Source: Octopus bimaculoides (lineage: Eukaryota). From it: a stretch of DNA of 64,000 nucleotides. Location: the NCBI RefSeq assembly GCF_001194135.2, contig NC_068995.1, positions 32,646,085 through 32,710,084 on the forward strand, read 5' to 3'. The stretch's first letter is position 1. Each line of letters begins with the position of its first letter. A program made the position numbers and the translations under genes. The notes under the pieces were generated by a model. That model saw nothing but the letters and a program-made list of their open reading frames with translations, did not search any database and had not been told where the DNA came from. Shown here one piece after another: positions 44,507 through 59,500 of this stretch.

Positions 44507-47500
44507 GTCTTTGTGTGGGTTTGTCCCCCCACCATCACTTGACAACCAATGTTGGTGTGTCTATGTCCCTGTAACTTAGCAGTTCAACAAAATATACCGA
44601 TGGAATAAGTACTAGAATTAACAGAGAATAAATCCTGGGGTCAATTTCTTCAACTAAAGCCCTTTAAAGTGGTGCTCTAGCATGGCTGCAGTCAAATGAC
44701 TGAAACAAGTAAAAGTAAAAGAATATATAGATGCAGGTTTCCTTCTTGTCTTGATATCATGTAATAGTTATGAATGAGTCTCACTGTCATACATGCAGTG
44801 TCGCTCATTTCCGATGAAGATTGACAAAAGCATCCGGTCATAGAAAATCTGCCTCAATAAACTCTGTTCAACTCATGCATGCATGGAAAAGTGGACATCA
44901 AAATGATAATGATGATGATAGTTATTTTAATTTGGCATAAAGATTTAAGATTTGTAATGTGTAAAGTTGTCTGTTCTGTGTTTTTCAATAGTCATTTAGT
45001 ATTGATTTAGTAGCTGCATCATAGGGTGGATGTGGAAACAACTGTAGTTCTGTGAAGACTTTATTTTGAAAGAGTCTAGATTTATACATGTTGAGGTACT
45101 ACTGCCCAAAATCATGATTGTTCCCTGTTTTGTCAACTGATGCTGACAACCACATGCATGGTTCAGTACTTGTTGCAGCTGAAAATTGTTGGAGACTTTG
45201 TATCTAAATTCTTTGACCCTTTTAATACCAACCCACCAAAACTTGTTCTATTGTACAAAACAGACTATTAAAGTTTCATATATGGATTATAAATTTCAGT
45301 CATTTTATGTAAGGACTTCATAATGAAGCTACTTCTTCATCATCATTTAACATGTTTTCCATGCTGACATAGGTTAGATGGTTTGACTGGAACTGGTAAG
45401 CCAAAAAGCTGCACCCAGTTCCAGTCGTCTGTTTTGGCTTGGTTTCCATGGCTGGATGCCCTTCTTAACACCAACCACTTTACAGAGTATACTGGGTAAT
45501 TTTTTTACATGTCACCACCATTGGCAATGACCATGATTCACTTAGCTTGATAATTTTTCATAATTCTCAAAATTAATGAAACAAAAAGTGTATTTCATTT
45601 GAAGTTCATTTTTGGAAGGATTGACTGAAAGCAATAAAGCAAAATTATAGGCATAAAAATAGTGCATTTTTAATAATGAAACAGTTCATGGTAAACTTAA
45701 TAGTTTTGATGTCCTTCAAAAACCTCTGGTGATTATAGGTAGAAAGAATTAAGAAACACCTGATATCATTATTATTTAATGTTGATTTTACATATTAGAT
45801 GCATCTGCAAAATGACATTGCTGCTCCATTTCTCTGAGGACAAACAATGAACAATATGTCATTAATAATGAGTATTCTTTATTTCTGTTTTAATGCCAAG
45901 CAATATCCTACAAATACGCTAAGGTTTTTTTTTGTGTCTCTTTTTTTACTGCTTTTGTTCTTTTTTGCAATTATTCTTAGAGTGGTCAGCTTGAATGACT
46001 GCTGGTAATTGCACATCTGTAATGCTTAGCAGACAATGGGATTGATTTAAAGTTAGATCAATGCTATTTCAGTATTCAAAAGTTTGCATATGTGTGTATA
46101 CACACACACACATATATACAAAAGCTATGCCAATATTTATTTCAACATCAGCTTCATAACTCATTTATATTGCAGTGACTGTTTGAAAGAAGATCCGTGG
46201 CTCTGTAGGTTTTAGTGGCTATTGTATTGTGTGAGGTGCAGCTGTGGGGAATGTGGAACATTTAATAGACAATTTAATGGACAATTTTGCAGAATTGCAC
46301 TTCTTGAAAGCATTTATGATGGGTAAATAGTTTTTTCACTAACTTGAAAGGGCTGCACAGAGCTGTAAAGCAAACAAGTTATTGTTTCTTTTCTTCCTGG
46401 AATCACAGTAGTTAGCTACAAGCAGCTTTTTATGGAGGTGTGATAATTTTTTGTGGAAGTTATATCAATAATGACTTAAACAAAAAAAAAATCCCTACAA
46501 TATATATATAATGGATTTGGATGCATAAGCAAGCATCACAAATTGAAAAGCAGCTTAAAAATTGATAAGCAGCTTAGGCAAAAATTAAGATACCTGAACC
46601 AGTGTAATTAGGTTATCTATTTTATCAACAAAATATTTTTAGGGTCCCTATCAACTCTTTCATACATCTACCCTGCTATTTCAATAAACAATTATTCTGT
46701 TTAATTCTATTAGAAGTTTCTTAGAGCCAGCTCTTAACTCTTGATTTTGTAGCACTAAGTGGAGAGGTAGAAGTCTCCCTAAAGGCAAAATACAGCTCTA
46801 TCAAATAATGCTTCTTACAGATGCCAGCTATCAATTCAAAAGCTAGATAAATACAGAAATATATGGTATCTTGTCCAGTGATATCTGCTCACTGCAGACA
46901 TCACTATTTTGAATTTATTCAGCAATTTCCCCTCTAATAAACCACAAAATGCGTATATGAGTCAAGTACAGAGATTCTATTTGGCAAATATTAACCATAT
47001 CAGAGGCTGAAAATTAGCAGTCATTAGAGTGGTGGATAGAATGCCTCACATTTGTTTCCTCTCTCTGCACCCTGAGTTCAAATCTTTGTGTGGTTAACTT
47101 TGCCTTTCATCCTTTTAAGGGTCAACTGGCTAGCCAGAAGACTGCACCAAGTTTCACTGTCTGTTTTGGCATGATTTTAACAGCCGGTTGCCCTTCCTAA
47201 CACCAACCACTTTATGGAGTGGAGTAAATGCTTATTACATGGTACCAACACTAGCAAGGTCTGTTTTGGCACAGTTTTTACAGCTGGGTGTCCTTTTAAT
47301 GCCAACCACTTTACAGAGTGGACTAGGTGCATTTTACATGGCACCAGCACTGAGGAGGTCTGCTTAACAAAAACCAGGAAATTCATGCTATTTGCTTTAA
47401 TGCAAATCAATCAGTAAAATGAGTGGAAACTATTATTTTTATTGCTTTTCCCTCCTTAAAACTTTCATTCTATTAAGAGTGAGTGCATCTGTAAATCACC

Positions 47501-50500
47501 ATCATGAGTTTTGCATCTAATTTTATATGCTGGTTTGAGTTAGATATATCTTGCATTCAGTATAATTTTGTGTGTGTGTAAATCCTGTATAATGTTAGGT
47601 GAAGCTTTAATTGGCTCTTCATGATGGAGCCCTCTTTGGATTTATCTTTCACTTGTTTCAGTCATTAGATTGCAGCTATGCTGGGGCACTGCCTTGAATT
47701 TTAATCAAATGAATTTACTCCAGTACTGATATTTTTAAAGTACTAGTTTTTATTCCATCTGTCTCCTTTGTGTCCCTTTAGTTACAGGGACATAAACGCA
47801 CCAGCTGTGAGGGACAAACACACACACACATATATAACGGGCTTCTTTCAGTTTCTGTCTACCAAATCTACTCACAAGGCTTTGGTCCACTCAAGGTTAA
47901 AATAGAAGACACTTGCACAAGGTGCCATGCAGTGCGATTGAACGCAGAACCATGTGGTTGGGAAGCAAGCTTCTTACTACACAGTCAAGCCTATGCCTAT
48001 TGTCAACTATTATGATAATAGTTTCTTCTGACAGCTGGAGTTTGCCATTATATCATATATGATGTAAGAGTAATATCATTTTCAATGAGTTTCGCTGGAG
48101 CCAATGCAATAATGTATCTTCCAGGAGAGAGAGAGAAAATATATGTCATGGAACAGGTTGTTGAATGTTTCCTTGTAACAGCCTTGATTGTTTGGTTATA
48201 TTGGGGGTAAATAATGTACTTTAGACTAATAACATATTACTTTTACAAAATCTCATTTCACATAACACCTTGGATTGTTTTGAATGGTTATGTTTCACAA
48301 TATTTAATATCCATGAATTTACTTTTCACTCTTCCAAGATTTGATTCATATTTTCATGTTTATTCATCTCACTTATTGTGGAAAGAAACTGATTGATCAT
48401 CATCATTTAACATCCACATTCCATTGTGGCATAGATTGGATGGTTCAACAAGATCTGACAAGCCAGAAAAGTGCATTGAACTCCAATGTCTGCTTTGGCA
48501 TGGTTTCTACAATTGGATGCCATTCTTAATGCCAACCACTTTACACAATGTACCAAATACTTCTTTTTGCAGTATTAGCACAAATGTTGTTGCCAAATAA
48601 CTCAAAAAGACAAGGCACCTTGGCAGTATCAAGGAAGGTGACTTTGTAGCAGGTGTTGAATATGATAGAGGGACAGGAACAGGTACTTTGCCATAGAGGA
48701 GACACATGGCTACCCCATGTGAGAAATAAAGGGGTGTTGATGGTAAACATGAGCAGGTATTCAAGTGAAAGAGGCATTCAATGGTAAAATAAAGTAGTAA
48801 GGAATGACGTCAAAAATGTGCAATGAGTGATGAGGGAAGTAGTTCCAAGTAGAGGAATAACTGGTAGCCAAAGGTCTGGATGGAAAATGTACAGTTCTGT
48901 TCTTATAATTACAACAGCTGAAGAAATAACACTGTAGTTTGAGTGAAGGTGGGATGGGTGTTATGAAGATAAGTTTAGGGAAGGCTTGATGGGTATATAT
49001 TGGTTGTTAAGGAATAGACATTAGTTTTTTTGCTGGGATGAACAGGTCATCATGAGCATGGCAAATCACCGGCTGCCTCAGTCCATGTTCATCTTTTCCA
49101 AGAGGCTTGACAACCTTATGTCAGTTTTTACTACTTTGACCTGCATCTTCCTGGCTATCTCTTTCCCACCAGTTCCATCCACATTTAGCAACTGACACCT
49201 TTTTATGCACCTGTTTTCATCGATATGTATCACATGATCATACCAGTGCAGTATTCTCTTCTGCATACCACACCTGATGCCTCTTACGCACAATTTTTCT
49301 CTTAATACATTTGCTTTATCATACATACACTCTGACATTGGACATCCAGCAAAACATGCTTGTTTCATTTCTTTCCAGTCTTCACATATCCACTGCATTT
49401 ACAGCCCATGTTTCACTTCCATGTAGCATTATTGTTTGTACCCAAGCATCATACAATCTTCCTTTTCACTCCGGGAAAGAGACCTTTTGCTACCAAAAAA
49501 GGTAATAGTTCTCTAAATTTCTCCAGATAGTTTTACTCTGGCATCTTTACTTTCAAAACATTTTCCTCCACTGCGAAATAGGTTACCTATGTAACAAACT
49601 ATATACTAACTCTAAGATCCTCCTGGGTTTTCAAGGAGAACCCCCCCCCCCGTGTTCTCAGTGTTTTTTGCTCCTGAGCATCTGCCATGAACAAAGTCTA
49701 CTTTCTCTGTTAATTTTCCTCTGATCCCACTGCATCTCCTGTGTGTTCATAGTTTGCACTGAGTTCACTGAAATTTCTACCTACACCTCTTCTACATATC
49801 AGAAACAGCCATTTCCCCGTAGGGATTAGAGTGCTGTCTATTTTTCTGTTTACAAAAACCTTGGTTTTTGCTAATTTAATTCTAGGTTTTGCACCCACAC
49901 TTGGAATTTTTTTATAATTCTACTTTAACTCTTCTGTTATGGTCTGGAGGGCTATGGTAAATAGGAGAGTACTGAGAGACAAGCTCTGGTGAATTACCTG
50001 CACACTAAATTCGTTGCTGTACTCATTGCTAACTCTCATCTTACTGACAGCACCCCTGTACATGATTTGGACAGTTCTCGTTAACCATTCATCTACTAGC
50101 TTTTGCAGCAACTACCAGATCAGGGAGCTTGGGCCCTAGGGACAGTGTCAAGGGCTTTCTCCAGGTCAACAACAGCCAAGTGCGGCAGTTTACTTTAGGC
50201 TAAATACTTTACCTACATTTGTCTTACTAGAAACAAAGCATCAGTAATACTTTTCCCTGACATGAAACCACACAGTCTCATCTAGGCTAATTCTCTTCAT
50301 AAATTAGTCGAGCTTATAACTCTTTTCGTGACTTACACGACCTGGTCCACGAATTTGATACTTCTGTCATTACTCTTATTTAAGGCATCTCCTTTACCCT
50401 TGTAACAACTGACTATAATACTGTTAGGTCAGAAACTCATTATGAACCAGGAATTTCTCCTGCCTTCATATCTTTAATTCATACTGCTGTCAACTAGAAT

Positions 50501-53500
50501 GACTGCTCCCTCTGTCAGGTTCACATTTTCAAAACGTTTTTTCTCCCATGTATTCTCCACTTATTTCTTCTCACAAATACTAAGTACAGATCGGAAGAGC
50601 NNNNNNNNNNNNNNNNNNNNNNNNNNNNNNNNNNNNNNNNNNNNNNNNNNNNNNTCTACATTGCCTCAGTCCTCTTAACTGTCAAATACTGTATTTGCCA
50701 ATGTGTTTTTTTTTTGTTTTTTTTTTTGTAAAAATCTGCCCTGTGTTTAATGTCACTGTATTACAGATTAACGACAGAGTGTTGCAGGTTTGAGAACCAG
50801 ACAAGTGTAATTCCGCTAGATACAATAACTATTACTGGTAATAAAATATTGAAAACCAGCCAAGATATCACAGCCTGTTAGTACAAACTTAAAAACTGCT
50901 TATAGTATTTTGGCAGTTATGTGGAAAGGTCACATCATCCCATTTATACCTCCTTCCCTGGGCATACATAATCCATATATAATATGTCTTATATTATTTA
51001 ATGACTGTGTTACTTTCAAGAAATATTTTTTAATTATCTAAATGAAATTTCTCCTAAAAAGATGAAAGAATTGTTAAATTTTCCTCTGCTTATCAGCCAT
51101 TTTGCAATGGCAACAAAACCATGGCAGTGGTGCACCTTTCTGGCAGCTGATTGCAGTAACACAAAGCATCACAGCCAGAAATACAAGTTTTACATCTTGT
51201 ATAGAAATTCTCTTGACCAAAATATAAACAACTATTCAATTGAACTGAAAGAAGATAAACATTCCAGTATACTGTCAGAGAATTGTATTTACATACATAA
51301 AATCATTCAATCCTCACTACAAAGCCACTTTAAAATATCTTTCAGTGAATGTATAATGAAGCATTAAATTTTTATTTTTTCATAAAATATACTTGTTAAA
51401 ACAGGTATCTCTCTTATATGTTAGCAAATACAGCTATTTTGATAATGTTATTTGTGATTAAACTGTCATCCTATGCTGGAAAAATTCTCATATTTTATTT
51501 AAGACCATGAAATCTGTAAGAAGTATTTACAATTTAATTTTGATCCACAGTTACTAAACATATATTAGAGTCAACAAGGGAGTCTCTACATGGTAGCTCA
51601 ATCTATAAGTAATAGCAGCCAAATCTTCAAATCACATCCTATATTGGATTATGTAGTTCAAGATACCCCAAAAAGATACAGATCTTCCTGATCAGGTTTG
51701 ATCTGGTGTTAAACAGCAACACACATGCATAAAAGTGTTTCCTACTTGGCTGCTCATTATCGTTGTTGAGATCAGGTGGGCATGTGTTCTGCTTAACCTC
51801 TTTTTCTCTGAGATCTGCTTTAAAAACTTATTACAATATAATTCCATTGTTATTTTCAACAACGTGATACATAGATTGAAAGTTGACAAAGGTCTTAGAA
51901 TTTGAATCCAATTTTCGACTGTTCTTTGATAGAGAACTGTCCATTTTACAGAGTTAAAATTTAATTTAAATCTTTCCATTATAATTTTATGTTAGAATCT
52001 TTTCTTATATATCAGAAATAAATTAATTAGAAAAGTTATTTTGCTAAATCCTTTATCTTCAAAATTCATTTAAATACAAACAGTAGATTTCATTACAAAT
52101 CTGACATGAAAGGGTTAATCTTATTGGAGAGCCTTGACAAAATTTAATCAATTACGTAGCATAATACTTTTGATTATAAATTTATTTCAATGTCATTAGT
52201 AATCTAAATTTACTTCAACATTTGCAGAAGTTGAAATTATTTATGTGACAGCTTTTCTGAAATTGCTTAGACTGGTGACATACTTTTGTATTTGATCTAA
52301 TGCTACCTAAATAACCTGTATTTGTATATTAAGCCAGTGTTTTGGACACAAACTGCAATGAAATGTTAGCCTCAACATCACTCAAATTACAACAGTAATA
52401 GTATTTTAACAAGAGATTTTCAGTTGGTGGTAGTGGGTGGTATCAGATGGTTTGGTATCAAGAGTTAAATTTGTTTTAAATTTGAGAATGTCACAAATTT
52501 AATTATTGTTTCTTGTTTGCATTTTCAGGTTCTAAACATGGTCAGCAGAGCCCAACAACATGTACGGCATCGATCGAGATTACCAATGAACACAATGTTA
52601 TTATTTGTCCCACAACAAGAAGCATGGATTATTGAAAGATTTGGCAAATACCATAAAATCTTAGAACCAGTGTGTACTCTATTTATTTATTTATTTATTT
52701 TTGCTTGATTTACTATTTTTAACTTTTTCTTTTCAATATCTCAGGGAAGGTTTTATGCCACTAAAGCTCTGTCAGAGTATACAACTATCAGCAAGAAAAT
52801 CGTACCTGCTTGAAATACATGTTAAATGTAGCAAGTGGTGAACCCTTTTATGAAATAAACTTCAGGTAGTATTGGACTTGGCCAGATATGTGGGAAAATT
52901 GGAGTATATGTGTCATCATATATAGGACTGTCTATATGCCAGGTTACGGGGACACAAGAACACTAACACTGGTTGTCAAGTATTGGTCATCTTCAAACAC
53001 TCTATACATATATATTTTATGTGTGTGTTTGTCTCTTCACCATCGCTTGACAGCTGATGTTGTTGTATTTACCTCCCTGTAACTTAGCAGTTCGGCAAAA
53101 GAGACTGATAGAATAAGTACTAGGCTTAAAAAGAGTAAGTCCTGGGATCAATTTCTTCGACTAAAAACCCTTTAAGGTGGTGCTCTAGCATGGGCACAGT
53201 CAAATGACTGAAACAAGTAAAATAATACAACATACTGTTTGTATTATGGTTGGATTTGATCTCACATCTGTGATTGATTATGTCTACCGAGAATCACTTT
53301 TCTGTTTATCTTTTGCTTATACCTGTAGTAAGACCTTGAAATATCCAGTAAAAGAGATTTGTTTTAGTCTTGATATAGTTTACAATCTATTTATTTGATT
53401 TTGCACTGAAGTGATGTATTAGCATTGGATTATCAGTTACAAATAGTACTAATCTGCTAACAGTTATTGGCTTCAACAATTAGCTGGTAATGAAGCTTGA

Positions 53501-56500
53501 ATGCTCTTGACAATTAAATGTGTAAAGAGAAAAACTGATGTTAAGTGGATTAGATTTCTGTCTTAGAGGTCAAAATGTAATCAGCTAACATCTTGTCTTT
53601 AATTTGGTTAACCAGCCATAAGGTTAAGTAACTTGAAAGGAAAAGTTGATATCACACATTTCATTGACAAGATATTAGAATGTTATCTCTGTTAGTACTG
53701 AATGTTCCAAACTCCAGTTAAATGATAAAAGTTATTTTGCTAAATTCTTCAGTGTATTTTAACAGGAATTTGGTAACAAAAGGGTTAAACCCACGTCTGA
53801 CCTAAATGTATCTTCTTCAAATCTTCCTTGGTCTGCTTCTAACACAGACACCTTCAACTAAATTCTATTCACATGACTTTGGTTACTCAGCATGCATTGC
53901 TCATTCATAATGATTGTATCAGTACAGTCATTTCTTTTGTATATACACAATATTTGATGCTCGGACACTTTCTCAGCTCACTAGTACTCAAATTTTATCC
54001 TATGCTCCTCCAGAGTTGACTAATTTGTTTCTAAATATTGTAGGTTCTCATGATTTATTGCCATGAGATTTATGGTAGTGTAGAGTTCTGACCTTGAAAT
54101 TCTAACAAGATTTAGTAAATAATTTTTTATGGTTAAGAATAAAAACAACTCTAGCTTTTACAGTTTGTTGACCATTTCCAAGTATTTAAAATTTTCAGGA
54201 GGTCTTTTTTTTCTTTTTGTGCAATAAACCTAGAATTGAACAATAACTATTCAACTTATAACAAGTTTTTTTTCTTTTCTAGGGCCTTAACTTTGTTTTA
54301 CCTGTTATTGACACCATTAAATACGTCCAAAGTTTGAAAGAAATTGCCATTGATATTCCCCAACAAAGTGCTATTTCTATTGGTAAGTTCTTTAATTTTT
54401 TTTCTTTTCCTTTAAATTCCCTGTCGTCATCATCATTTAACATCCCTTTTTCCATGCTAGCATGGGTTGGACAGTTCAACAGAATTCAACAAACCACAGA
54501 GCTGCACCAAACTTCCATATCTGCTTTGGCCTTCCTAATACCAGCTACTTCACAAAAATGTATTGGGTGGTTTTGTGGCACCAGCATTTATGGGGTCACC
54601 CAAGTAGGGTATAGTATTGAAGGATGTGAAAGTGTGATAGGAGTACAAGTCTCTTATTGAAGAGTTCACTACATGGCTTCCCAGCTGGAAAGAGAGAGAT
54701 GGTGAGAGCATACCCCCAAAGTGAATTTTTTGTGAGAGAGTGAGAATAGGGATAGAAGACTGGAAAAGGTGGGTAAGTGCACTTGAGTGGAAAGAGTATG
54801 ACAGATGGTTAGAAATGGGGATTAAGTTGGATGCAATGAAAGAAATAGTAGTGGGTTACGGAGGAGGAAAGGATAAGGGATAGTAGTAGGGATACAATGT
54901 GAAATGTCAGGGAAATAAGTGGTATCATTTTCACAGCACCTGAGTGTATAGTTCCACAGAAGTTTGATGGAAGGATGGTTGTTAGAAGATGAGTTGTGGG
55001 GGAAGGCTTAACAATACCTCATTTATGCTGGTTTCTTGAAGTTAGTGTTGCAGATCACCAAAACATTTGCATCACAAAACTCCCTATCCTCATCCACATT
55101 TTTTTTACTGTTTTCCCGAAGGAGTCCATAAACAGCATGTGCAACCAGACACTATTCATCTTGTATGGAATTATTTATCATTTATCTATAATGAAGTTAT
55201 GCCTCGTTTGGTAGGGTACTGTGGCTATAAGCAAAACACTTCTCTATGGTCCAGTCCTATCTACATACAGCATTGTATACAATAATATCCTCCTCCTCAT
55301 CATCATCGTTTAACATTCGCCTTCCTTGCATGCATGGGTTGGACAGTTTGACAGGAGCCAGCCAGGCAGGAGACTAACCCAGGCTACTGTGTCTGTTCTG
55401 GCAGGGTTTTTATGGTTGGATACCCTTCCTAACACCAACCACCCCACCAAGTGGACTGAGTGCTTTTTATGTGCACCAGCATAGGTGAGGCCAGTTTTGG
55501 CATGGTTTTACAGCTGGATGCCCTTCCAAATGCCAAACACTTTACAGTGTGGGCTGGATGCTTTTTACATGGCACCAACACTAGCAGGGTTACCAAGTAA
55601 CTTGCAAGACAAGGAATTTTGAGAGGAGATCATTTTGTGTCTGATAATGAAAGGTTATAGTGTAGGAAGAGGAAATGTGAGGAAGAAAAAGATGCAATTT
55701 AGAAGAGGAGATGTAGTTTGGTTTCTTGGAGGTTGGATGTGTGGAAAGTTTGATAGATGTGGGTGACATGCTGGTGGAATAAGATGGACAGCACTATAAA
55801 ATCAAAGAGACAGGCCTGGAAAGACTGGAAAAATGGTGGAAGCAGAGAATTATATCAGTAAGGTAGACACTATATATATATATATTTAGAGAGAGAGAGA
55901 GTGATTCCTTACTGTTGAGAAGTTAATTAATAACTATTGTTATTGCAGGTAGTGAAAATGACCAATGTCAACAGCGTGTAACAAGACCACTCTCTGAGAG
56001 GTCAGCTTGACCAGAGACACTTAACTCTCAAATAGTTACCCAAAGAACAGATGTGTTCATTACTGTAGAAAGGTATTCATAGAACAGAAGAGTTAATTAA
56101 TTGCTATTAGCAGTACTTGTGGAAATTCCACTGTTACTTTGACAGTGGAATTTAACCAATCTTAATGATGGAAAGAAATCAAAGACATAATCTATTATTC
56201 TACTGTAGTACAACTATATTAATAACACTTATAACAAATTTTAATATGCTGTACTACAATCTTATTTTCATATTAGTGAAGAATGCTTATGACTGAATTT
56301 GAATACACACACACACACACACACACATTATTTAAGATAAGTGCTAATTACTCAAAGTGGAGGGAAGATGTAGAAAAGGGAGATCTCAGAAGACATAGGA
56401 CAAAGTGTTGAAGGCCAATCTCATAATGTTGAGCCTTACAAGGAGGTGACAAATGACTGAGATAAGTGGTGCATTTCTATACTCAAGAAGACCTGCCCAC

Positions 56501-59500
56501 CACAAAAGAATTGATATCCTAAAACCAAGGAGTCACATAAAAAGCACTCATGCTGGTGCCATGTAAAAAGCACCCAGTACACTTTGTAAAGCGGTTGGCA
56601 TTAGGAAGGGCATCCAGCCGTAGAAATCAAGCCAAAACCGACTATGGAACCTGGTAAGGCCAGGGGCCTTACCATCTCCTACCAGCATATAAAATAGATG
56701 TTGAATGATACTGATTTATCTATTAGTCAATTATCTAAGAATAATACTGTGCATATAATAAGATTATGTCTTTAATTTTGTTTCGTAGTTAAGTGTTACA
56801 CACATAGACCATAGCAGAATAAGGCATTATAGGAAAGCAAACATGGAAGTTTCAGTTTAGCAGGTAATAGTTAATTGCACTAAAGTGCATACATTGATTG
56901 ATTGAGGATTTCACAAAAATTAATTTGATAAAAGTTAGTGCACTCTTCATTGTCCCTACCTTATTACAACCACTACCGTCATTAGCCTGTATCCCTAACG
57001 ATAGTACCACTACCGCAGTTTTCAGTATATCACATGTGTATGTGAGTAAACATCTATAAATAACAGGGGCTAATGCAGTTTCACACCTCTCTTTGGAAAA
57101 TGCATTTTTTTTTTTTGGAAAAAAATTTTTCCAATTCCTACATTTCACATGTTGGAGATTACGAATATGCCAAAAAAAAATTTTTTAAACCCCCCCACCT
57201 CCCATCCAATTTAAATTTTTGATTTTGTTTACTTTAAAGCGATCATAGCAAATTGACTTGCATATTCATAATATCTGACATCTAAAACATAGGAATCCGA
57301 AAAAATTTCTTCCAAAAAATGCATTTTTCAAGGAGAGGTGCGAAACTGCATTAGCCCCAAATAACATTGTCTTTTTCTTATCTACCTCTCACTATTACTG
57401 CATTCACCCTTCACTAAATGCTTGTTTCTTCCCCACTCCATCTCTCTCTTTTTTACTTCTCCCTTGAATTAACCATTTAACTGTGTAATATACATAAGTA
57501 CATTAATAGAATGACATAACAGTAGGAGCATATACAAGAGAAGAGGTTATTGTTGTAAGTAGATGTCATAGAACGTGAGTGTTAAAAACACTCAAACTTA
57601 ATACCTACCGGATGTGTTATCCCTTCAAAATCTGCCATATTGCAGTCTCATGACTTTGCCACATCTCTAGCAGAGGGGCTGAACAGGTGCTATACCTTAC
57701 CAAAGGGCAACCTGTAGTTATGCAGGGCATGGTCATCACTCCGTAAGATTTTTTCAAAATACCTGCATAACCATGTTACTGATATATTTATTATATATTG
57801 GTGAGCACTAATACTCTTCCCTCCCAAACATTCTCCAACTGTGCATTATTCCCTTGCAATTAAGCACAGATTGACTCCATGAACAGGTTTTGAAAGCATC
57901 TTCCAATGATGCCATGCCAATCTTGTCTCTTGTTAGCAAGAAAATACAAATGCTTCTCATATTCAGAAAGCATCATCACACCATACACAGCCCCCTTCAT
58001 CCTAAGCAACACTCATCTGGAGCCCTCAAAATTGCTCAAATTGTTGGGGCCTGTCATCATCATCAAAGATTCCCCACTAGTGAAAGCATGCTTATATAAA
58101 ATGGATAGCATCCCAACAACTGGCCCTTCTCTTTAGAGCCAAAAGATATTTAATTCTCTACAAAGCTCAGGTGAGGCCCACGGTGGAGTGTTGCTGTTAC
58201 ATGTGGGACAATGCTGCTACTGTTGCACAGAAACACACACATCGAGAAAAAGGGCTACCCAACTGATTGGCATAAAGTTACTCATATTCACACTCCAGTC
58301 TCTGGCCCACAGCTGCATTGACTCCTCTTTCTGTCTTTGCTACTGCTATTACAATGACCTTTACACCTTGAAGCCAGTTGGACCCATGCTGCCTTCCTTC
58401 AAGCATTCCCATGCTATTCATCTCTCCTTATCACCCTCATTGTGTCCGCCATCACACTTCTAGACTCCATACCAATCACTACACCCAGTCCTTCCGTCCA
58501 CAATGCCACCCCTCCGAAATTTCCTCCCTGTTCATATTACACTGTTAAATGTAGTGTTTATTTATTCATATTATTTTGAATTAATCATGTATCATCTCAT
58601 AGCTTTGAGATTTCATTGATGTGATTATTTATTCTTAGAACGACCTTGTAGAGTAGATGTGGCTGGCCAGATCTGGCTAGTTTGAGTATAAAATAAGTAG
58701 AATATTTGGGTTGGATATGGTCAGTTTTAAATGCTAATAGTTTTAAAAAAATATTAATGGCATCTGTCTTACATGCCTAGGAGAACCTGCAATGGTCATG
58801 GGCATTACCTGTTCCTCCAAACCTAGCTAGTAAAAATGAAAAAATACTATTGTGAGATAACAGTATAAGAGTGAGTGAATGATGTTGCTATTACAATATA
58901 ATGGCAGTGAACAGTTTTACTGATATGCCATTAGATCAATAAGTCTTTCAGATCTTTTGATGTACAACATGCTAAATTATTGCCTTACTTAAAGGAAACA
59001 TCTGATTGTATCTGTGAAGCAATAAACTGTATAACTGCTGAATATTGATTTTAAATTTTGGCACAAGGCCACCAACTTCGGAGGAGGGGGTAAGTTGATT
59101 ACAACAACCCCAAATGGATGAAAGGGAAAGTTAACCTTGGGAGATTTGAACTCAGAATGTAAAGATAGATGAAGTGCCACTAAGCATTTTGCCAGCTCAC
59201 TACCTTATTTACAATTGAATATTTGTCACAGTTATTGTTTGACCCCAGGTCAATCCTGGTTCAACAGACTGGTGATCCAAAGCATTCTAGTTATTACCAT
59301 TCCATCTTGTTAGAGGTATCAAGTACTACACGAGCTAATATGCTTTTCTGTTTTCTTAAATGATAGAATGTAATTTGAAGGGATTTGGCTGCTGGTTATA
59401 ATAGGTTAAGTCACTGCAGAGAGACTCTCCTGTTAGAGCAGTGTTATTATATCCACTACGCTATGTAATGGGGAACAGTATTGTTTCAGTATAATATTGT

